This document shows positions 1 through 7,658 of a stretch of DNA of 11,958 nt, piece by piece. Made by a program: the position numbers and the translations under genes. Position 1 is the first letter of the stretch. Each line of letters begins with the position of its first letter. The stretch spans positions 157,898 to 169,855 of the forward strand of contig CAJNOI010000070.1 in NCBI GenBank assembly GCA_905250115.1, given 5' to 3'. The stretch is from Adineta steineri (lineage: Eukaryota). The notes beneath the pieces were generated by a model. It saw only the letters and a list, made by a program, of their open reading frames with translations. It did no database searches and had not been told where the DNA came from.

Positions 1-673
1 ATGTTGACTTTGATAAACAATATTATAAGAATTCCAAATAAACTGATTAGTTGTATATGTACCTTGAAGAGATATACGTGTGCCAGATGAAACAGGTTTA
101 GCTACATCTAATGTATGTGGATAAGTTGTGTAGAAGAGATTGGATGCTTCTGATTCTGTTCGACCCCATTTTGCCATTTCAATATCAATTTCATTTGTAC
201 CATCAATACCTCCATATGTAAATAAACCTAACACAACATTGGTATCCAGCTTATCAATTGCTCCTTCGACAAACCAACGAAAAGTTCCAAAACTAAATCT
301 GACTTTGCTATATAATTCAGCACATGTCCATCCACCTGTTGTTGGTGACTTATGAAGTTTTAAATGTAGTTTGTTATCAGCATCAACCCATACGTTGTTT
401 GACTCCCAATCATTTGGGCCTATAATAAGTTATATAAATATGCATTGCATTCTGATATTGATGTATTCAATACTTACCAGGTCCAGCACCTTGCATTTCT
501 TTTAAAAACCATTCATATCCTGACCACTGAATCGTCTTTTGAGCAGTACTTAATGGTACTATAAAGTAAAAAGGAAAATTCGATTTTATATAATACTCAA
601 TGAATTTAGAAACGGCTAAATACTTACTCATAGATAGACAAAGAGTTGTAATAATCGTATAAATTATCCGCAT
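1..673 (-). CDS. GH16-type (concanavalin A-like) glucanase/lectin, secreted, 5' part only; join of minus-strand exons 628..673, 478..558, 1..419, continuing beyond the left edge
   Basis: Manual splicing gives MRIIYTIITTLCLSMIPLSTAQKTIQWSGYEWFLKEMQGAGPGPNDWESNNVWVDADNKLHLKLHKSPTTGGWTCAELYSKVRFSFGTFRWFVEGAIDKLDTNVVLGLFTYGGIDGTNEIDIEMAKWGRTESEASNLFYTTYPHTLDVAKPVSSGTRISLQGTYTTNQFIWNSYNIVYQSQH. Introns 559..627 (69 bp) and 420..477 (58 bp) both start GTAAGTA and end TATAG. N-terminal signal peptide; GH16 catalytic-type motif EIDIE at 178..192; Trp/Gly pattern typical of GH16. Confidence 0.87.
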
Positions 674-688
674 GTTTTTAATATCGAT

Positions 689-700
689 CTAGAAAAAGAA
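689..700 (-). promoter_or_regulatory. candidate 3' splice / spliced-leader acceptor (TTCTTTTTCTAG) just upstream of the GH16 start codon
   Basis: On the minus strand the sequence reads TTTCTTTTTCTAG|ATCGATATTAAAAACATG, a polypyrimidine tract plus AG 15 nt before the ATG; either a 5'UTR intron or a trans-splice site. Confidence 0.35.
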
Positions 701-2111
701 ACTTTCCTTTAACAAAGTTTTTAACCATGGATAACATATCTACTACTTATATATTAAGACGCTGAATATTCTTCGAGCCTTATATAACACGCGAAACATG
801 CAGTAGCCTAATACAGAAAAGGTAAAATACGAAAGCAAGAATAAATATCAAAGTGCAAACTACCGAAAAGAGAACAAGCGATCGTTTGGCTTGGCACATA
901 CATAAATAGAGGTGTAGAATATATTCGTATGGGTCAATGCTGTTATAGGAAAAGTTTTGATTTCTATGAATGTTCTGTAGATATTGCTGAAGAGAAAACA
1001 ATCTTCGGCGAGGAAATACTTTTGAAATAATATGCATTCTGCAGCTCTGTGTACTAATCTCGATATTAGATTGGATATAAAGCTAGTAACTTTAATAGAT
1101 GATTACATTTTCCTCTATGAATATTCTTATACTACATTAAATTGGGATCTGTCATACAATAAATTAGATGCTGCTATCATATGATTAATAATATTTCTGA
1201 CATAGACTATATATCTGATATTATCATGTGATATTTTTCTCTGTGATAGTAGAAAGAAAAAATAGTAGTTATCAAATATAAAAATATAGATATGATATCT
1301 TTTTCATACTCTATCTCACGACGTATAATGGTATCTTACATTTATATTTGTCTATTAAGAATGAAAATTAGTTTTGTAACTTGATCTATATAATATACGA
1401 TTTTAATCGATTTACAAGATCTAAGTATTAACAATAATTATATGAGTATACTGAGAACGATGTTAATGAAATTTATAAAGAAAAGGATTAGTTTGCTTAA
1501 AATCGGGATCCCAACGAAATGAAACGTTTTTATTCATCAAATAGAATATGTCAATGAAGAAATATGAACAATAAGGAAAAACTCCAACATTACATTTCAG
1601 GTCATTATACTCTAAATTCATATTAATCTACTTGAATAGTTTAGTTAATCAAGTAAATGAAGAATAATATATAGAAGAATAAATGAAAACGTTCAATAAA
1701 CTGTTAGAAACGATGGAGCTTGCTTTACTTTCATTCAATAATCGATTGAATGCCTCTTCTTCTCACTCGAACAACGAAACGAAGAACAAAGAAAAAGAGT
1801 GTGTAATTTACATGCATAAGGAATTGGATGAATCATTAATAAGTTTCAATTTAGGTAACAAGTAACGCTCATCGAAACTGGATTCACTTGACCCTAGACT
1901 GTCGCGGTCTACATGCGGATTTGACTGTATGTAGATATGAATGAGAGTTGATCAGCATTATATTATTTTGAGCATAAAAAAAGAAAATATGACGTGTTAT
2001 CAAAAACGTAAATTAAGATTCTTATCTTTTCATTGTATTATTATTATTCTATGAGTCAAGGACAATTCTTGCACAACTAGGAGTGTTACTTTACTTTTAT
2101 TTTTCTTTATA

Positions 2112-2443
2112 ATAAAGAATAAAGATAAAGATAATCTTTATTTGCAAAAATAAACTTAAAATAAAGAATAAAAAAAATATTTTCAGCTAATCGGTAAATA
2201 GATAAATAACTGATATAAAAACAGGTAATCTTGATCACAATTTTTTCTTATCACTAGCCACATTCTCATATGAAATAATGCTACCAAATGAACATGAGAC
2301 ATAAAAGATTCATAGAGAAAACTTCTCTCCAGAATCTTTTTTAGCCTGTGTCCTTATAATGCCTGGCGATCTATCTGAAAAAGAGAAAATTTTACATTTT
2401 TAAGAGAAAAAAAATTTCTTTATTCTTTATCTTTATTCTTTAT
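2112..2443. repeat. 20-bp perfect inverted repeat (arms 2112..2131 and 2424..2443) flanking about 290 bp
   Basis: ataaagaataaagataaaga on the left arm; tctttatctttattctttat on the right arm. Low-complexity sequence; no target-site duplication seen. Confidence 0.4.
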
Positions 2444-2579
2444 AGACTAACGGTAAAGATTTACTTTATCTCTATTTATACAGAAAAGATAAAGTGATAC
2501 CCGTATCTACAACATACATACAACATCTTAAATATCTTCTATATAAGTAAGTAACTATACTACATAGAATACATTCAAA

Positions 2580-2837
2580 ATGTTGTTTTTTATATTTATT
2601 ATTCTTTCTAACGTATTTTTAAATCAAGCAGCTATTCTTCAATGTGATTTCGAAACAGTTTGTAATGATTTCAATACTGATTCTTATTGGGATGTGACTG
2701 ATGGTTACGATCCTCAATCTATTAATCATGATCATACATTGAATACAAGCCTAGGTCATTATATTTTCTATAATCGATCAAGTGGTTCATCATTTGAAAT
2801 AGCTGAAATTAAAACAAATGATTGGTTAAGTTTATGA
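2580..2837 (+). CDS. signal peptide + N-terminal part of a MAM-like domain; truncated fragment or first exon
   Basis: MLFFIFIILSNVFLNQAAILQCDFETVCNDFNTDSYWDVTDGYDPQSINHDHTLNTSLGHYIFYNRSSGSSFEIAEIKTNDWLSL*. The CDFE...C.F...W......DHT....G.Y pattern is typical of MAM domains. The domain stops after about 65 residues, with a possible donor GTTAAG near its end and no recognisable continuation. Confidence 0.5.
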   Translation: MLFFIFIILSNVFLNQAAILQCDFETVCNDFNTDSYWDVTDGYDPQSINHDHTLNTSLGHYIFYNRSSGSSFEIAEIKTNDWLSL

Positions 2838-3632
2838 GTTTACTCTAAAATAGTCAAATACTCAGTACAATAAAGAAGATTTTATTGTTTTAAAAAATAA
2901 TTACCAAATAAAAGTGTTATGTATATATAAGAGTTATTGCTTCTATAATATACTGATACAATCAATATCCTTTAATTCATATTAGAATAAGAATTTCTTG
3001 TTTTAGTTGATCTTATACTGAGAACCAATTTACTCCATTCCTTTTTGCTCGAAAAAAAAGAATGTCGATGTAATTTTTGATTTGATTTTTGCTCATGTTC
3101 TCACCAATGGCCATACTTATGATACCGAATTATAAATAATGAACATTGAGTTGATGTAGACGATATATAACGAGGGCATACATAAATAAAAGTCATTCAA
3201 ATGTTTTAAATATAATTGTGATTATATAATAAAGAAAGTGCTCAATTTTTTGTACATTCAGGCGTTCAATGAGAACTTAGTACTAGCTTATCATCTATTG
3301 TCTTTAATTTTCAGATCATTGTATTATGTTTCTAGGGTGTGGGTGGGTGTTAGATAAATAGAGTATTTGCATTTCTGTGCGACGATTATCATACTCACGG
3401 GTGATGCAAGTGTCAACTATTTATTAAAGGAGAAGATAATTACGTGGGTAAAACTCATGTCTAATAATAACATTCATAAAAGTGATTGCAATATTTCGAA
3501 ACTGATACAACAATATCCTATGTATATTATTTATTTTCAGTCGAACAAAAAAGATAGTAAACTAATATGATTCAAAAGATAAGAAATAAGAAAGAAAGAA
3601 ATTCATCGCGACGCATGATGATTGAAGAGTAA

Positions 3633-3815
3633 TGGAAAATAAAGATCGATCGATGCTTATTCATTGTTGTAGTTATTCTGATAATTATCAGTATTTATTT
3701 ATCGAGTGTGTGCGTGCCGGCTAGAGGTACCACTCACATCTCGTCTAGGGACGTTATGTATTATATTCCCGAGTTGAGATTTGGACGGACTCCAGGTGGT
3801 CAAATGAAAACTTAG
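3633..3815 (+). other. candidate RFamide-like neuropeptide precursor, possibly a pseudogene or frameshifted in assembly
   Basis: Open frame WKIKIDRCLFIVVVILIIISIYLSSVCVPARGTTHISSRDVMYYIPELRFGRTPGGQMKT*. Hydrophobic secretion signal, then ...SSR-DVMYYIPELRF-GR with amidation Gly and monobasic Arg sites. The frame is preceded directly by TAA and has no in-frame Met before the signal; an ATG lies one frame off at 3632. Confidence 0.3.
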
Positions 3816-3949
3816 AAAAGACGAATTGATAAGTAATCACAACACTAAATTTATTTATAGTAAAAGGAAAAATATGTCAACATATCTTTTACAGTTACAA
3901 CATTTAATAAAAGTACCATTGCTTTTCGAAAATGTTTACTGATTTGATT

Positions 3950-4293
3950 TCAGTAATAAGGTGGAGGAGCAGCCGTATATGGCGGATTCATCTTTTGTTG
4001 ATGTGGATAGACAATGACAACGGGAACTCCAGCTCGAGCAAGATCAGGATCTATGCCATGGGCTAGAAGATTATCGTTGACATATTTTCATTCATGATTT
4101 TAAATAAAATAAAACTTACCTCTCAATGTGTCTTCAACTGGAGTTATATGATGACAACGACAACAAAAAATTGCAAAAACAAAAATAATACCAAATATAA
4201 TGCCAAAGATACTATATAAAAAGCAAAGCAAACAATTTAATGTCGATGGTATTTTTGAACTTACATCAATGGTATCGGTATAGTAGGATCCAT
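3950..4293 (-). CDS. small single-pass membrane protein with C-terminal proline-rich/PPxY tail (77 aa); exons 4265..4293, 4120..4211, 3950..4062
   Basis: Spliced product MDPTIPIPLIIFGIIFGIIFVFAIFCCRCHHITPVEDTLRAHGIDPDLARAGVPVVIVYPHQQKMNPPYTAAPPPYY*. Introns 4212..4264 (53 bp, GTAAGT..ATATAG) and 4063..4119 (57 bp, GTAAGT..TTCTAG). All phases agree and total CDS is 234 nt. The track ORF 4100..4318 begins at TTG and reads through both flanking intron boundaries. Confidence 0.65.
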
Positions 4294-4341
4294 TTTGTTT
4301 TGTTCGAGACTTTTTCAATGTTTATATTTCTTTTTTATTCA

Positions 4342-4476
4342 ATATAAATGAACAAATACTCAGCAAAGACTTTTTTAGTCTATATGCAACTTGAATATAC
4401 TAATTCTTTTCTTTATCTAACTTCGTAAATCTCTGCTTGTTTTTCTCGAGTTTTTTTTATCATATAAATGAACAAA
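4342..4476 (+). repeat. 15-bp direct repeat atataaatgaacaaa at 4342..4356 and 4462..4476, exactly 120 bp apart, each preceded by a T tract
   Basis: Read directly from the sequence. Confidence 0.45.
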
Positions 4477-4901
4477 CACGCATGAGATCATCAAGTAAAA
4501 GAAATATTTATAAACGCCAGGCATCATTATTTTTCCAACGACGAATGATCATAGACTCATGTTAAAATAAATGTGCGTAATTATGACTAGAGAGAATCGC
4601 AATGCAATAAAAATATTCTATACATAGGTCATACAGGATGAGTATGCGTAATAATAACGGATGAATAAAATAGGCGCAGTTTACTATTAATTTATTTTCC
4701 TAAAATGTCGTTTTATATAAGATTGTTAATCAATATATATAATCTTATTGATGCAAGAAAAAATTCTAACATAAACAACAAAATTTAGAAAAAACATTTA
4801 ATAATAATAATAAGAGACTTGCATAGATTAATCAATGACTAATATATTTTCATTTTGAATTTCTTATGTAATCTCCCGAAGGAAATGAGTGTTAGCTAAA
4901 C

Positions 4902-5152
4902 TCAATGGCAGCAGTGTCGAGATGATCCGTGGCATAGATTCAACAGAGTTTGGGTGATTCTAGCCGATGTCCAAAGATTTGCTTCAAAGAAGAGCCTGAC
5001 TTCAATGAGATCAGCGCCGGCTTTCAAGCCAACGAGAACAAATTCAATTTTCTTATCTTTCCTGTGTACACACATTATTAATTTTTCATAATAGATAAAA
5101 GAATCTACTCTATTTTAACTTACGACATTACAGTACAAAACCTCTTCATCAT
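4902..5152 (-). CDS. hypothetical 62-aa protein in two exons (5124..5152, 4902..5061), divergent from P0
   Basis: Splicing the 62-bp interval 5062..5123 (GTAAGT..ACACAG) gives MMKRFCTVMSKDKKIEFVLVGLKAGADLIEVRLFFEANLWTSARITQTLLNLCHGSSRHCCH*. Exon 2 lies in a local G+C-richer island. No recognised family; the opposite strand is also open there. Confidence 0.27.
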
Positions 5153-5264
5153 AAATATTGCGCAAGAATGATGTATGTTATTTCGTAAATCAGAGTGTAG
5201 AGTTTTGCAACATCTGATAACATAGGGTTTGCTTCCTTTGTCGTTTTGATAAAATAAATCGTGA

Positions 5265-5275
5265 TATATATAAAG
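5265..5275 (+). promoter_or_regulatory. TATA-like element of the P0 gene
   Basis: tatatataaag, 95-105 nt upstream of the P0 ATG. Confidence 0.35.
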
Positions 5276-5369
5276 GCAAAGTAGAAATCGTTCTCACTAT
5301 ACTATCGAAACAGGTTGCTTATTACAACTTACCAAGCGATTAAAACATCGGATAATAATTACTTGAAAA

Positions 5370-6251
5370 ATGGTGAAAGAAGATCGTTTAACATGGAAAG
5401 CAAAATATATCATGCGTTTAACACAATATTTGCATGAATATCCGAACGTATTTGTTGTTGGTGTTGATAATGTCGGCTCACATCAAATGCAAAAAATTCG
5501 TGTATCTCTTCGTGATCATGCTGTTATTCTAATGGGCAAAAATACAATGATGCGTAAAATTATCAGTGATTTAACATCGAAAAACGTCAATTTAGAAAAA
5601 TTGTTACCACATGTTTCTGGAAATATTGGTTTTGTTTTTACCAAAGAGGATTTACTTACAATTCGCAAAAAACTTTTGGAAAATAAAGTTGCTGCTCCAG
5701 CTCGTGCTGGTGCTATAGCTCCTGTTGATGTCGTTATTCGAGCTCAAGTAACAAGTTTAGGTCCAGAAAGAACAAGTTTTTTTCAAGCACTTCAAATTCT
5801 AACTAGAATTACGCGTGGCACTATTGAAATCATTAATGATGTTCATTTAATTAAAGCTGGCGATAAAGTTGGTCCTAGCGAAGCAACCTTACTTAACATG
5901 TTGAACATTTCGCCTTTTAGTTATGGTCTTGTAATACATCAAGTTTATGGATCAGGTTCATGTATTGATCCATCTATACTTGATATTGGCCCAGACCAAT
6001 TACGCACAAAAATTTCTCAAGGTATTCAACGTTTAGCAGCATTTTCACTCGGTATTAATTACCTAAACGAAGCATCAGCACCACATCTCATTCTTGGCGA
6101 ATTTAAACGTTTACCTGCCTTGGCTACTGATACGGATGTTGAATTCGAACAAGCTAATACTATAAAAGACCCATCTAAATTTGCCGCTGAACCAATATCT
6201 ATTGATTATGATAGCGATGATGATATGCTTGGTTTCAATCTATTCGGTTAA
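5370..6251 (+). CDS. RPLP0: 60S acidic ribosomal protein P0 (uL10), intronless, 293 aa, shortened hinge
   Basis: Family-typical blocks: [117 protein letters not shown]-terminal [13 protein letters not shown]. Confidence 0.97.
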   Translation: MVKEDRLTWKAKYIMRLTQYLHEYPNVFVVGVDNVGSHQMQKIRVSLRDHAVILMGKNTMMRKIISDLTSKNVNLEKLLPHVSGNIGFVFTKEDLLTIRKKLLENKVAAPARAGAIAPVDVVIRAQVTSLGPERTSFFQALQILTRITRGTIEIINDVHLIKAGDKVGPSEATLLNMLNISPFSYGLVIHQVYGSGSCIDPSILDIGPDQLRTKISQGIQRLAAFSLGINYLNEASAPHLILGEFKRLPALATDTDVEFEQANTIKDPSKFAAEPISIDYDSDDDMLGFNLFG

Positions 6252-6351
6252 ATACATTTTAATTTGCCAATATTGTCATTCGTTGTTTTTGTTTTTTGTA
6301 TCTTTTTTGCTATTATTAGAAACAAAAATATCACGTCATCAAAAAATGAAT

Positions 6352-6357
6352 AATAAA
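6352..6357 (+). terminator. candidate polyadenylation signal for P0
   Basis: AATAAA about 100 nt after the P0 stop, within gaataataaataaaaaaat. Confidence 0.4.
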
Positions 6358-6761
6358 TAAAAAAATATCTTCCGACTAAACAGATATTGGGCTGATAAAA
6401 TTGTGCGGGTTACCGGCAACACTCATCTGCCAGAGCAATTTTTCAGAAAAAAAATAGTAGTAAAATATATTTTGTCAATTATATAATTCATTGATTGTTC
6501 AATTTAAGATTTCAAGAATTTTGTATAGCAAGCTGAAACAATATGAGGGTGGGTGGATGTGGAATGTGTTTTTATCCTTACTTTCAATCTAAATTCACAC
6601 CCACACCTTTTTAGTGACTTCGTCTTGCCTGAGTTAGCCTTGTTAAACTTTTATTTGAAAAAAAACGTTGAAAAATACTCTTTAATAATGAGTAAATAAA
6701 ATGTTGATCAAATTACTAACATGAAATACGAACAACATTTATGAAAATGTTAAAAAGTGTC

Positions 6762-7658
6762 TTAAGAATGATTTTTTTGTGTTGAAGAAAGTAATTGAGA
6801 TGTGTGTTCCCAAACTTTTTCTATCATATCTGGTTGTGCTGGTGTTTTCTTTGATAATATTTCACCTTTGTTATCCACACATCTCCACCCTTTGTCCGTT
6901 TCAAGCATTCCATGTATCATATATTCAGCACAATCTTCCGGACTGATACCAAGACCCATTGCTATGATACCTTTCAATGGCAATCGAGCCCAGATTGGGA
7001 AACCATCAGTTATTTGTGTTTTAACTGCACCTGGACATGCATGTGTAAATGTAACATTTGTGTTCTCTGGTTGTGATGCAAAATGTTGTATAACAAGATC
7101 GGTAAATACCATTGGATGGTTACCAGCCGACATAAGAGAATATGTATTTTCAAGAGCCATATCATTCCAAATAACCTTTGATGGATTACCTCTCATACTA
7201 TCAAAAACAAACAGAACTTTACCACCGTTTTGAGATGATCGAAGTAATGGTAGAAGTTCTTGTATGAATAATACTCGACCATAGTAATGTAAAGCTAGTT
7301 TATTATCAATATTTTCTGTCGTTGGTGTACGACCAGCCATTGACGCTATACCTTGTGATAAGATCAGCATATCCACTGCATCAATTTTTTGTGTGGCACT
7401 TCGAATTTCAGACATAAGCGATACATCGGCACGTATAAACTTTGAATTTGAACCTAGTTGTGGTAATATAGAATTAGCAGCAGATTCATTTCGTCCTATA
7501 ATCGTAATGTTGGCAGATGGACACTGTTGGCCAATTGAAAGAGCAATTGCTCGGCCAATACCTGCTGTACCACCAACTACGACAACATATAGTGGTGACT
7601 TTAAAGAAGATAAGACACGAGCGTTAGAAGCAGCAACTGTACGTACTACTGAGCACAT
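6762..7658 (-). CDS. short-chain dehydrogenase/reductase (Rossmann fold), fungal-like subfamily
   Basis: 298-aa single-exon ORF with nucleotide-binding motif VVVVGGTAGIGRAIA, IIGRNESAA, DVSLMSEI, DMLILSQGI, and YSLMSAGNHPMVFTDL ... THACPGAVKTQI. Confidence 0.88.
   Translation of the reverse strand: MCSVVRTVAASNARVLSSLKSPLYVVVVGGTAGIGRAIALSIGQQCPSANITIIGRNESAANSILPQLGSNSKFIRADVSLMSEIRSATQKIDAVDMLILSQGIASMAGRTPTTENIDNKLALHYYGRVLFIQELLPLLRSSQNGGKVLFVFDSMRGNPSKVIWNDMALENTYSLMSAGNHPMVFTDLVIQHFASQPENTNVTFTHACPGAVKTQITDGFPIWARLPLKGIIAMGLGISPEDCAEYMIHGMLETDKGWRCVDNKGEILSKKTPAQPDMIEKVWEHTSQLLSSTQKNHS

Noticed and set aside
140-355. 71-aa plus-strand ORF
   Set aside because: Antisense to the GH16 exon carrying EIDIE.
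780-1037. 85-aa minus-strand ORF with a hydrophobic stretch
   Set aside because: No recognisable motif; lies directly upstream of GH16 in AT-rich DNA. Could be a small membrane protein but unsupported.
1683-1865. 60-aa plus-strand ORF
   Set aside because: Low-complexity composition, no splice context or family signal.
1901-1935. Small hairpin tctacat...atgtaga in a G+C-richer patch, considered as tRNA or ncRNA
   Set aside because: Stem only 7 bp; no cloverleaf arms or conserved A/B box.
3367-3570. 67-aa plus-strand ORF
   Set aside because: No family features; length expected by chance.
4515-4530. Shared 10-mer cgccaggcat between about 4519 (plus) and about 2360 (minus)
   Set aside because: Flanks do not extend the match; too short to call a repeat family.
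6802-7233. 143-aa plus-strand ORF
   Set aside because: Antisense shadow of the well-supported SDR gene on the minus strand; no independent protein features.
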